From assembly GCA_029953675.1 (NCBI GenBank), contig JAMWBK010000007.1, forward strand, positions 2,108,001 through 2,172,000: a stretch of DNA of 64,000 nucleotides. The letters are read 5' to 3'. A model generated the notes under the pieces. It saw only the letters and a program-made list of their open reading frames with translations, was not told the DNA's origin and did no database searches. Below, piece by piece: positions 21,604 to 33,569 of this stretch; within the stretch, counting starts at the first letter, position 1; the number at the start of each line of letters is the position of its first letter. The DNA comes from Rhodosorus marinus CCMP1338. Taxonomy: Eukaryota; Plantae; Rhodophyta. The position numbers were made by a program, and so were the translations under genes.

Positions 21604-23700
21604 TCACTGCGCGAACGACTTCGAGCCTTCCCGCCCAGTCATCTTCTTGTACTCTAAGGACACCAAGCAGCCGACATGCGACTCGCTGAATTGTCCTTCA
21701 GTAGCCACCAGTCTAACTTTGCCGGACTTGCCGAACGTCCCATCGATTCTCGCGCGTACCATTGACGTCGAATCCTGTGCAGAGTTTTGGACATCGACTT
21801 TCATCCCAATAAACACGGGCTGGTTGTTTTCTCGGCTAAAGAGGTTCTTACAAATTGCCTCCTTGCTGTTCACAACCCTATCGATTTCTCCCTCTCTTCT
21901 CTTTTGAGTATGTATTCTCAACATCCTTCGCCAACTGATCCAGTGAGAAACGCTGCTCAGTGGCTAGTGAGGTTTGTCTTCACTTTCCCGTTCAGTAGTT
22001 GGCGTACCTTTCATCCATGCTGTGCATGACAATGCTTGAGAACGCTATCCTGCATGCGTTGCTTTTCGGGTCTGTATCAAGCTTTGTGCCCACTGCGATA
22101 GAGTTCAAGATAACACAGACTCGCTTCTCAAGTTCGAAGACCGCAAAATACCTATCATACGACGTTCGCTACAACGTCATTGGATACTGTCAGGATTAAC
22201 TTCCGGAAACGAATGCCGTACCTGCGATCATCCCTATGCTCCAGCTCTTGCTCACGTAAGAACTCCTTTTCGATAAGAGGCTTAGGTGACTCCTCATCGT
22301 CGGCTCCCTCTGAAAGCAGAGTCAGTCGAGCATCCACGACATCATGTCCCACGTGAAGCTGAAACTTGGCCATGGACTTGATTGGTTGTCGATAATATGA
22401 CACCGGGAATATGCTTCCGATGAGTACGTTGGAAACCTCGATAGCTCCAGGGGGTGAGGCAGCAAACTGTCTGGATGAGTAATGAAGCAGCAAACTTCAA
22501 ATTAGAAATCTTCTTGAATGAAGGGGTCTTGCCCTGGATCGTCAAGAAGTCAGCAGGATCGTGGAACAAACCGTTCTGGGATGTTCGAGTCCAGTCTGTC
22601 AATACTGAGTCCGACTCTTGCGCCTTTGCCAGCGACTGAAACTGATCGATGGAAGCATTGAATAGTCTTCACCTTCCTCACGAATCCACGAGCTGTGGTG
22701 GGAAATTCCAGTTCCATTCCTACCCGTACGACGCCTCCAAGCACCTTGAAACGAGTGTGAAAGAAGAAAGGGAAAGACAAAAAAAATTCCATATCAGCAA
22801 TTTGGCTACTCGGTGTAGGTCGCGCCGAACTATCAGTTCGTCTAGATAGTCCGCCAGCTTTGGAGAGCATCGTATGGCTCCTACCGTCCCTGTTAGTACA
22901 GTTCCTTGACCCTTAATCGGAAAAACGTGGTCGACAGCAAGGACTGTTATGCGGTCTTCTGCTCCGGAACTTTGGGAAGGAATCGAATCAACAAACTGGA
23001 AAAGCTTCTGCTTAAGGCTCTCTATGCCCAAGGCATTCCCTTCACGTGGTGCAGCGGCAACTCTCACAGTAGCAAACACTTGAAACCTAGCAATCGCGTG
23101 ACAGTTTCAGTATAGAGTGCGAGGCTTGGCTCCGGTCTAAAGACCTAAAGCTCCCCACAGGATTCTACGGATAGTCATTACTTGGTCTTCGCCAGGGTCT
23201 TCAGCACCTTCTGTTCCGTTGCCTGAAGACTTGCCTCGTCGACGAGATCAGCCTTGTTAAAGACCACCAGAACGTGGTTGATGTTTACGACTTCGCCAAT
23301 AACGATGCATTCGGCTGTCTGTGTTTGAATGCCCTTGCTAGCATCTATCACTAGCATCATGCCGTCTACAATTCGTGACCCACAGATAATCGTTCGCAGT
23401 AGACTGGCGTGCCCAGGGCAGTCCACCAGAGTAATCGTCTGCGATTCTCCTGAAAATCATTGGACTAGATGGATAAGGAAACCCGTTTAAAAGAACACGT
23501 CTGCGTTTGATGAAGAGACGCTCACCGTGATCATCTTCTCGGTCGATACAGCTGAAACCAAGGTCAAGGGTAATCCCCCTTGAGCGACTTTGCGGATGCC
23601 TGTCAAGTGATGCCGTTGACAATGTCGTGCTCAAGATCCGAACCAGGCTCGTTTTTCCGCAGTCTACATGGCCGAGCACCCCAATGCTCACGTTTTTCAT
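21604..23700 (-). CDS. EEFSEC: Selenocysteine-specific elongation factor (eEFSec/SelB), multi-exon
   Basis: NVSIGVLGHVDCGKTSLVRILST..STASLDRHPQSRSRGITLDLGFS; LVDCPGHASLLRTIICGSRIVD.MMLVIDASKGIQTQTAECIVIGE; AVDHVFPIKGQGTVLTGTV; LHVGHDVVDARL; C-terminal ARIDGTFGKSGKVRL...LVSLEYKK. These signatures distinguish it from EF1A and eIF2-gamma. Confidence 0.95.
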
Positions 23701-25709
23701 CTCTTGGTCGCTCGCCGGCTCTTAGAACCAAACGGATGGCTTAACCTAGTGAAACCCGTCAACCTCCAATGCAGAGTCTAGCCGCGTCTGCAGGTTCGTG
23801 AGAATTCATCTTGGTCGCCAAGGCACGCCGCGTTTCACTTTCGCGCACAGGGTTGGAGGCGCAGTCTCCTTCCCCCCGCAGTTGAATGTAGTGCTTCACC
23901 GAGGACTTTCTAACAGAGAAGGGGCAACGACTAGTAGTATTTGCACTTCCTGAATCAGCCTCTAGCAACGAAGCCTTTGTGGGAAATCTACACGATCATG
24001 CTGCGAAGGAAGTTTCTTTTTGTGACTCGGCTCATCCCGTGACAGTGACCGGTAGATGCGATAGAGGAACACGATGGGGATGTAAACAAGATCGCACGTC
24101 CGTAAACACCTATAGCACTTTGTCCCGGGGGGGGGCGCGTAGACCAGGCGATTGGAAACGTGAGATACCGCAACTCATTTCCGGGGCAATATCCATTGTC
24201 CCTCCTGCGAACGTGATGTCTCATGCGCCACCTCTGGTGCATGAGAGCCCCGGGCAACGGGGGCAGGCAAATGGTTTCACCCGCAACAATTTTACGGTGC
24301 TTCCTTTTCGTTGCCCGTACGACTTGGAAGTTGTTTTTTTTCAGAAACGTTGGGGCGGGGGAGGATGTATTCCTCTTCTCCCCCATTCGGCGGGTTTGTC
24401 CCGAAACGCTATGCTTTCTTCACACGGTAATTACGTTTGTACTCAATATTCAAGTCGGAGGACTGGCTGGATGCTGGCTAGCTAAAACTCGAGGTGAACC
24501 ATCAAAAACCCGGCCTAGTCCATTCTTTACGCTACGCCAGATTCTAAATGTACTGGAAATTATCCTGCCTGGGATTAATTTCATGGAGAACCTGGATCTC
24601 CGACCTGTTTCGACTCAACAAGCCCCACCTCAATCGCTTTCACCCGTCTTTGCGCCCAACCGAACGGAACTCATGCTTATGTCCACCGTTATCCCTTAGC
24701 TTATCTAGATACTCGTTTCCTAGAAGTAGCTGGACTGCTTAGTGGCTCCTGTTCTGGCTTTTCTAGATCAGAAAGGGGTCGAAGAATAGCGAAATGAAGT
24801 CACCCTGCCCCACAGCCGTCATTGGTGTTCCAACTGCAGGCCCCTTTCCAAGATACTCTAGTCAATTTTAAAACAAAAACAAAGTTCCTTCTACTGGAAT
24901 ATTCAATACCTTGAATCGTAAAATACCTTTAAACGTCAAGGATCCTCTCCTTCATAAAATATCGCTAATTCTGGATTTGGCTGTGCTGCAACCCGCGATA
25001 CGGTTAAAGCACTCGGCGCATCGATAAAGAAATTGTTTTACTTTCTAAATATTTTTGAGCTATGTGTTCTTTTAGTTTGATTCTATTCGCTAATAGCTCA
25101 ACGCACTTTGAAGCGGTCCAATGATCGTATCGGAGCCGAAAGCAGTCTTGTTTTGAAGGCGAGGTTTGAAATTTCAAATATATAATGTTGTCGTTATATT
25201 TTCAAGCTTTTAGTTGATGCCGTTATATGACAATCGATTTGAAATTTTTCATTCGCAAATGGAAAGAATATATTTTCATTTTTTTTAAGTTAGCCGGGAA
25301 AAGGGTCATTAACGAAAAAAACCGAAACTCCGCCAAAATTGGAAAGAAGGGACGGGGTCCGGAATGAGCGGCAGTTTTAAAAGTTGGATGAAAGTCAACC
25401 GCTTTCTATGAATCTCGTTGGAAAAGGATCGCTTTGGATAATATTGAGGAAGGAATAGAATATTTGAATATTCTCCTGAAATGTTGGCTCTACGAGCTTG
25501 GTATGACCGTCCTTGTATAAAAAGCCGAGGCTTCGAGTACATCGAATTCCAAACTGGGAGGGTTGGAAGAACTCATTGGAAAGGTTTGGACGGTGCTACC
25601 TTGAAGCAACAATCCGAGCCCATACTAGTGTGACGGTTGTAAGACCCTTGAAGATTGAGATTAAGAAAGTGAAAAGCTTTTTTTTGAGTTGCAAGAATCT
25701 AGAAGCAGA

Positions 25710-27147
25710 ATGAGGGAAATTATTTCACTCCACATCGGACAGGCTGGAGTTCAGGTTGCCAACTCCTGCTGGGAGCTGTTTTGTCTTGGTAAGCCCACTA
25801 CGAGTGGATCGAATATCAAATACGAGGAGCTTCTTCTAAGCGCGGAGCTGTGTTTGTTTCTTCCGTTTTCGGTCTCTTTTAGAGCACGGCATTACCCCTG
25901 ATGGTACCCTCAAGGAAGGAGCCAATCCGAATGATACTGCTTTCTCCACCTTTTTCTCTGAGACTGGAAGCGGAAAGTACGTCCCCCGTGCTCTGTTCCT
26001 TGATCTCGAGCCCACCGTCATCGACGAAGTGCGCAGTGGAGCATACAAGAAGCTTTACAACCCCTCCCAGTTGATCTCTGGCAAGGAAGACGCTGCAAAC
26101 AACTACGCTCGTGGACATTACACAGTTGGCAAGGAGATCGTTGACGTCGCTCTTGATAGAATCAGGAAGCTTACGGATAACTGTGACGGACTTCAGGGAT
26201 TCCTTGTGTTCAACTCGGTCGGTGGTGGAACCGGGTCTGGCCTTGGGTCTCTTCTCCTCGAGCGTCTATCCGTGGACTTCGGGAAGAAGTCGAAGCTTGC
26301 GTTTACGGTATACCCATCTCCACAAGTGTCGACGGCAGTTGTAGAGCCTTACAACTCGGTGTTATCCACTCATGCGCTTCTCGAGCATACTGATATCGCG
26401 GTCATGCTTGACAATGAAGCTATTTACGACATTGCGCGCCGTTCTTTGGACATTGAACGCCCGACATACCAGAACTTGAACAGGCTGATCGCTCAAGTTA
26501 TTTCGTCTATTACGTCGTCGCTACGATTCGACGGGGCGTTGAACGTGGACATCAACGAGTTCCAGACCAATTTGGTCCCTTACCCGAGAATCCACTTCAT
26601 GCTTTCTTCGTACGCACCTGTGATTTCTTGCGAGCGTGCACATCATGAGCAGATGTCAGTTTCTGAGATTACTACTAGTGCCTTTGAGCCGTCCTCAATG
26701 ATGGCCAAATGTGACCCGCGCCACGGCAAGTACATGGCATGCTGTCTTATGTACCGAGGTGACGTTGTTCCGAACGATGTTAATGCGGCAGTAACCTCGA
26801 TCAAGAACAAGAGGACTATTCAATTTGTTGACTGGTGTCCGACTGGATTCAAGTGTGGCATCAACGGACAGGCCCCGACCTCTGTTCCTGGAACGGATAT
26901 GGCTGACGTGAAGCGCGCAGTTTGTATGATCGCGAACTCGACGGCAATCGCTGAGGTATTCTCACGTATTGATCACAAGTTTGACCTCATGTACGCCAAA
27001 CGTGCATTTGTTCACTGGTACGTTGGAGAGGGAATGGAAGAGGGTGAATTCACCGAAGCCCGAGAGGATCTTGCTGCCCTTGAGAAGGACTACGAAGAAG
27101 TCGGTAACGACGCTGGAGATGGTGAGGACGATGAGGAGGCATTTTAA
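25710..27147 (+). CDS. TUA: Alpha-tubulin (intron 25789-25882)
   Basis: [26 protein letters not shown]|EHGITPDG...; [14 protein letters not shown]; GGGTGSG; [20 protein letters not shown]; acidic tail ending DDEEAF*. Confidence 0.99.
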
Positions 27148-27499
27148 GCCCTGTTCCAGCATCGCTACAAAGCGAGGATAAAATTGTGAAAGCGTAAAAC
27201 ATGAGGCTAGCCAGCATCTTCAGTATGCCTTTGGACCGAACGATTGGGCGGCTGTCAAGAAGCTGTGTTCCAACAGTTTTGCTTGTCTGGATGTTCTGTT
27301 TGTTTTGTACCACAGTGGCCTATTAGTATCCATCCTGCCTGGATCGTTGCAACGACATGGAGAGTAAAAATGATAAAGTTGTTATGTACAGAACGATATC
27401 CATGGCGGAACATTAAATAGAGGATCACGGACCACCAGGATTCCCTCACAGCCGTGATTCGCTTAGCATTCGAGTTCTGCGAGTTTTTCTCGAGGTCCC

Positions 27500-29500
27500 T
27501 GCGATGGAACATTCTTCCCCGCCGCTGCCACCAACTTTGAGCAGGTAAGCCGAGAAAGACAAAGTTTGCCTTGAGAGCTGACGACTTGCCATGCGAGAGA
27601 CAGAACTACATCCCAGTCAAGAAACTGGGATGTTAGTCACTAGTCCGGGCGGACGGGACTCTGGCAATGAGCTGTTCTGAATCTGGCGTTCTTCCTTTTT
27701 AGAATCGACTCCGTGAAGGTCTGCTGGAGAAAACCGCGTCCGGAAAAGAAACTATGTTTAGGTTGAAGAGCTGTCCTCTCAAAGTAGTTCTCGCTTGCGT
27801 GGTTAGGAGAATCCCCTTACCCCAGACTAACGCAGCCGTAGCTTTTAGTCTGCAGCTGACTTCTGCAGCGCGCACAAGTCTAGGCTGGAAGAATCCCATT
27901 TTATGGCTAGCATGTTTGGATGAGCTCTATCTTGTGATGCTTTAACACAGACATTCGGCTACCGCGCAGTTTCGAGATATGCAGCCCTAGACATTGAACA
28001 TCTTTAACACTGGTTAGCGTTTCCACTTGACCATCCACGAGCTTTTCTAACAATGGTGATCCAACACATTCCGCTCGGTTTGCTTTCACGGCATACGCCA
28101 GTGGCATCCGGAGAAATGAGCAGAGGGCAAGCAATATCTCGAGCACGGACTGGATCAACCGTTTCGAGATAGTCTAATTAAAGTAGGAGTCGATGACCGG
28201 ACGCCGGGGAGGAGGCGGGGAGCGCAGATCAATAGCTAACCCGTACGCGGCAAACGACCGTGTCTTTTGGTTTTAATGGAGACCTTCTTTGTCATCTCTT
28301 ATGAAGTGCTTCACAACATCCATGCGACCCGAACAGCATCTGCACGGATGCTTGCTGACCCCCTATTCCTACTTGAGGGGACTACGTGGTGGAACTCTCC
28401 CAGATCCGCGATAGTCCTACGAGTAGTGTTTGAGACTGATTCGTGGGAGTGCGATGAATTTAGAGACCTCCTGCACGGTGAGCGGTCTACAAAACCGCTT
28501 TGCCGACCTCTTAAAGGCGGACATGAAGCTCCAAGATTCTTGTCTGGAAGAAATTCAACCGCAAAGCATGAGAATTTCACCCACGTCAGGCCCGCGTCAG
28601 CCGAAAGAAACAATCCTTCGTCGTAAGAGCAGTTTCCATGACACAGCTATGGCCTAGTTTTCCTTCCGAAGACGTTTTGGAGTAAGCGGTGCGCAATGGA
28701 CTCAACCAAGACTGAGGTGCGCGTACTGAGACAGTCCGTCTATCTCGAAAAGAGATCTCACCGATGGAGTTCCGATCCATGGGTATACTCGAGATGCTGG
28801 CCAGCTCGCTTCTATGTTTTCAGGGCTCTATCCTTGAAACTAGGGAGCAACCATACACAGAAGTGTGTTGCATGAAACCGCTAGGAACAGCTTTTTCCCG
28901 TATCTGCTATGGCGGAGCATAGAAGCACAGATATACATGCTCTCAATCAACTCGAGATCGAATGGTCAGTCAGTGACCATCAACATAATATATCTCTCCA
29001 GCATCTAACAGCACGCAAATACATCGCACTCAAGCACACTCTGTTAGCAAACATATTTCTGCAACCAGCAGATCCGTACCTTGAGCTACAGGAAAAGCGT
29101 CAGCCCGAAGCTGCAAACGGGGGGACTGCCTGACGTGCCCAGAATTTGCCCCCTGATCAACGAAACATTCTTCATTGAATCATGACTTGGTGTCGGTTGA
29201 GTAAACGTGCACCAGCTTCGCGATGGAAAAGGCATATCAGATCAATTTCAAGGATGCCTACGAGCTTCCAGCAGGCGTGTTGGATCAGTTGACTCTTGCT
29301 GAAGAGCAGAGCATCTACACGAAAGTCCTACTCAGCGCTACATTTTCTACGAGATGTGTAATTTCCGATAAGGGCGTTGCCCTTGAGGTACGCAATCCCA
29401 AAACAACGTCTAACGATTCGAAGCATCTAATTCGTTGACGTTTACGAGCTGAACACAAAAAAGGGAACCACGTGGACTCCCATCGAGCCATGTGAAAGAA
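27500..29500 (-). CDS. Unidentified many-exon gene, possibly a beta-propeller protein (boundaries approximate)
   Basis: Many short minus-strand exons with GT/AG borders (e.g. DAGEIYYVD, YGKKLFLAVSCNTLL, YLETVDPVRARDIACPLL). One Asp-box-like SADAGLTW near 28590. Structure not resolved. Confidence 0.25.
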
Positions 29501-31329
29501 CCAGCACCGAGGATATCGGATCTCGGCACTCAATCTCACCCCCAACAACCAATCAAAAAGTTTTTCTGATGATATTTAGTAATAAGGAAAATATATTGGA
29601 TAGATCTTTCTAGGTCGCAATCAAAATCAGCGACTAGTTGGTTTGAGTCGCTTCAAATGGACGTCGACTGGCCATCTCTGTTCAGATTTGTTTGTGATCC
29701 ATTTCCAGAAAGTCTCAAAAAAAATCTCCTTTGAAGCCTGCGCAAAATTCGAAACTAGCGCGAGAACGCTGACCACTCGGAGTTGTGTCGTTTCGGGAAT
29801 GGACGGTCCAGAGAACCAATAGAAGGAGGTTTGACTATTGATTGGATAGTTTTAAGTTCTGATGACCGCGAACGAATCGAGGTAATGGTGGCCACCCCCT
29901 TACGGCATAGTGATTCGTAAACCAGCGAATTCATGTTGATATTGACTTTTCGGAGCTTGGAGGGGGAGTGGAATCATTGGGCAGCTGCACTCAATTTCCC
30001 AAACCTGTTTTTGGGCTGTCAACTATTCCAGTTTGGGTTGAAAATATGGAGGATTTTGTTTGAGCAGCCGTTCTTGAGGAAAAGGCGAGTACCCGGCCTC
30101 CATTTTTCCGAAAATTTTGAAACAAGGCATGTGCAACGATCTCTTGTCCGAAAACTGAATTAATATATAAATAAGCTATAATCTCCCATGGGCAATCATT
30201 TATTCTGGAGAAACGTCCAGATTCATTGGGGAAATCGAAGTCATATATCTTTCAAGAGTTGATTTAGATGCCAACTTAAGCTGGGGGTTAGAAACGCACA
30301 ATATAGATCGAACACGATAAATCCTTGGTCGTAGATGATATATTAAAAGTATAAAAATACAAATTATAGGGAAATATCGTACTAATCGCTATCCTTCAAG
30401 AAAATCCGCCCCAATACAGGAGCCAAAGACTCTTGCCACGCCTAGGAGATAGATGAGGTAAAGCTTCCATAAGAACAATACAGACAAAACACGCATTTTT
30501 TTGGTCCAATTATCTTTGTCCAGCACCCAACACATAGCGGTGAGAATACTTAAATCTCCCCAGCCCCAGCTGAAAAAATCTGAAACGATGCATATCATTC
30601 CTTGAAGCGAACGGAGCGGGTTAGATTACGCTTGACAAGGTACTATTCATATTTATGAATTATTAAGCACTTATTTTGCCGGGAAATATAAGAGAATGTA
30701 CCCCCCATTGGGCCCAAAAAAATACCTACTCGAGTATACCCTTTTGTTCTAACCCCCTTACGGAATATTTACTTTCATGATCTTCCTTTTTGCTTGTTTT
30801 TGATCGAATCTGGAGAGATGGTGCCTACCAATTTTTTTTCATTTTTGGGAATTTTGTGGTTTCTTGGAGGGGTGGTGGAAAAACAAAAAAATACCAACCG
30901 AACTGTGCATTTGTGCCCGTTTACTTTGTAACATTGAAGCTTACTTCTTCTCAAGCATTTCTTGGAGCAAAAGAGGTGAGAAAAAGCCTTGAGCGCAGAG
31001 TGGGTAGGCGGGAGGGGGATATGTTAGTGATATCTGTTGTCGCTGGGGTGGAGTGGAGGTATGGTTATGGGATGGAGCATGCTTATGATTGAACGTTTGG
31101 GCATGTGATGGCGTTGGTTTAACTTGTTCATTTTTTGGTTGCTCGAGACGGTTGGAATTTGCTTTTTAAGCCTTGGGATTTCGAGCTTCTAGTGTTGCGC
31201 GGCGTGCTTGAGTGCGCGGCAGTTTGGTTTGGCGTAATTGTCTTCGAGAGGATGGATGTGTTTGTGTCCAGTTTAGTCTAAGTTGGGGTACAGGAATTGG
31301 GTTTGGAGCGCTTGTCGGGTTTGTTCAAG

Positions 31330-31722
31330 ATGGAGCTAAGCAGGGAAGATCGGACTATGGAGGTGGATTCAGGGGAGTATTTATTGGATTATGGAAGCAT
31401 GGAGACGTCGTCCACTTCGCTAGAGAGAACTCGGAGGAGGAGGAGAAAAAGCGGGTCCCTCCTGGGTGTGAACAGGCCAATCACAAAATCGGACTTCAAC
31501 GCACCACAGCTTTGCGTGAACCGCAAAGTTGGCGGGATGAGGAGAAATTGGTCTTTTCTCAGTCTTTCGGGTGGTGACGATATTTCAAGGATGGATAGCC
31601 TAAGTCTTTCCGGGACTTCGAGCTCAACATGGAAGAAGACGATGAGCCCTCGTAGCGAGCGCTCGTTCGACTCGTTTTCGCAGGATCTTTCCGACGAGGA
31701 GCTCAGAGCGCTCAAGGATTAG
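31330..31722 (+). CDS. Hypothetical Ser/Arg-rich protein, 130 aa, probably disordered
   Basis: ATG-initiated ORF after a GT-rich leader. Basic cluster RTRRRRRKS and kinase-site-like MRRNWSF. No domain recognised; may be part of a larger spliced gene. Confidence 0.4.
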   Translation: MELSREDRTMEVDSGEYLLDYGSMETSSTSLERTRRRRRKSGSLLGVNRPITKSDFNAPQLCVNRKVGGMRRNWSFLSLSGGDDISRMDSLSLSGTSSSTWKKTMSPRSERSFDSFSQDLSDEELRALKD

Positions 31723-32560
31723 ACCGGTCTCATTTGCTCTTGTGGGGCGAAAGAGGAGGGAATTCGGGGACAAACAGGGATGTAATAATCTCCCAGTTGA
31801 CACCCTGTGACGAGGTGAAGCTCGGACGGAGCGAGACCCGACACTCGTTACTGTTCTCGTTACGTTTCAATTTTGTATGCAAAGGGATTTTCATGTCGAG
31901 CATAGCTCAAGGGATGATGGGAACTGTGCTTGAGGAGACGGTGTTGGTGCCACCCCGTGATTTGTGAGTGTGTATTGTTTGATCATGCTGATCATGGCGA
32001 GCCTGAAGGCCGTTTCGGCGTACTGCGGAGTCAAGAAGGCTGAACTGATGCTTTGGCTCTTCATGCGACGGATAGTTGAGATATGAGACCAGACATCCTA
32101 CTCGCGAGGCGCTTGCTCTGGGCCGAAACTCCCGATTGACTATCACTTGATGAGGAACTCACTTAGCGCTGGCGATAGGTATCTTAGGCACTTGCGATCT
32201 GTGATTTTTTTGTACTATATGGTTTAAAGGTAAATCAAAGGAATTAGTTTTTCTCTCAAACCGCTGGACATTGGTGCATGACTTTTGCCTGTCTTCGTCC
32301 CCTTCGTCCAATGCTCGGACAGGACTGAGTGTTAGCGCAGTTGACCAACTACATCACAGCTGTATGGGACTTAGGTGGTCTAATTCCCGCGAGCGGACGT
32401 TCTGCTGTGTTTTTGCTAAAGACATGGCTCAAGCAAAAGCTACTAGTAACGAAGTACTTTTGGAGTGCACGCGGCCAAAGCGCTCTTGTACGTTGGCAGG
32501 TTCACCACTAGCCTATTCGACAAGACCGAACAATGTGTATACGCCGCCCCGCGGAATCCC

Positions 32561-32969
32561 TCAGTCCTTGGGTTCCCTTTCATGCTGTAATTTCATGCCA
32601 GCATACATCGCCTTGCCGCCGGGAGAGAACTCTTTTACCTTAACATCCGAGTCTTTGTCGCGAAAGCCGAGCTCGTCCCATTCAGTTTCGGCCATCAGCC
32701 CTCTGCAAAGGAGACCGAGGTGCAAACAGGTTAGATTCGCCTAAAATCATGAGCGTGGTTATCTTTTCTCACGGTGCAGCTTACGACTTCATTCTACAGT
32801 CAAGGTATTTCCGCGCCAGTTCTCTACATCGAAAGCTCACTGACTTTTGCTCCCGCAGACATTTCTGATACTCAACAGCGATGTCAGTGCACTCCTTGAG
32901 ATGGTCCAACGGAAAGGCTCCCTTCTCCGGTGGACGAACGGGACCCTGCCGAGGTGCTGGGGTGCTCAT
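32561..32969 (-). CDS. COX19: Cytochrome c oxidase assembly protein COX19 (twin CX9C); intron 32703-32784
   Basis: PPEKGAFPLDHLKEC...Y.KCL......CRELARKYLDCRMKS|GLMAETEWDELGF. A possible second in-frame 54-nt intron lies near the 3' end. Confidence 0.95.
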
Positions 32970-33569
32970 TGTCTTCAGAAGTTGATCTCAAGCCCTCCCA
33001 ATTAACTCAGAAGCAATTTCCTAGTTCTGTTCGAGCCCCATCTGGCGAAGCGCTCCACGCGGCGGATGCGTCACTTATGAATGGCTGGGTGACGCCAACG
33101 GGTATCTGCGCGGGCGGATTTGCGGATGGATCCCATGTCGCTTCTAACGAGTACCGGATCTTCGAGATCTAGACTCAAGAAACATATAGGCGAGAAAGAG
33201 CATCAGGGCGGTCACGGCAGCATTCCCGCCACCCACCAGCCCCTGAGCTATCCAAGAATCCGAGGTTCCCAATAACTAATCCGAGGTTCCCAATAGCTAA
33301 GGGGACCAACCGCAGCTGAGCAAGCAGAGATTGCAGCTCTTAAAGTGCCAGTTTGTTTTTGATGTTTTGGTTGCAATTTTGTTGTCCAATAAGGCGTTCA
33401 GAACAAGGCAGCGCGTTTCCAAGTCGTCGCTTGGGAGGCCACAGCGGTGTTTGAAAAGCATCAGGCCGAGGTCCCGGGGCTTATGAAGTGTATTTTTTAA
33501 GCATTCAAGGCGTTCATATTTTACTTTTACTTTTGGTTTCCTCAGTGGAGTTTTCTTCCTTGCGTATCA

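Noticed and set aside
21598-21606. eEFSec stop is TGA followed by CCT TAG (possible penultimate Sec, ..AQ-U-P*)
   Set aside because: No redox motif and no recognisable SECIS in the downstream region. An ordinary UGA stop is simpler.
24771-24848. 10-bp stem (GAAAGGGGTC / GGCCCCTTTC) enclosing ATGA, considered as a SECIS or ncRNA
   Set aside because: It lacks the 3' GA of the non-Watson-Crick quartet and the apical AA; the stem length is within chance.
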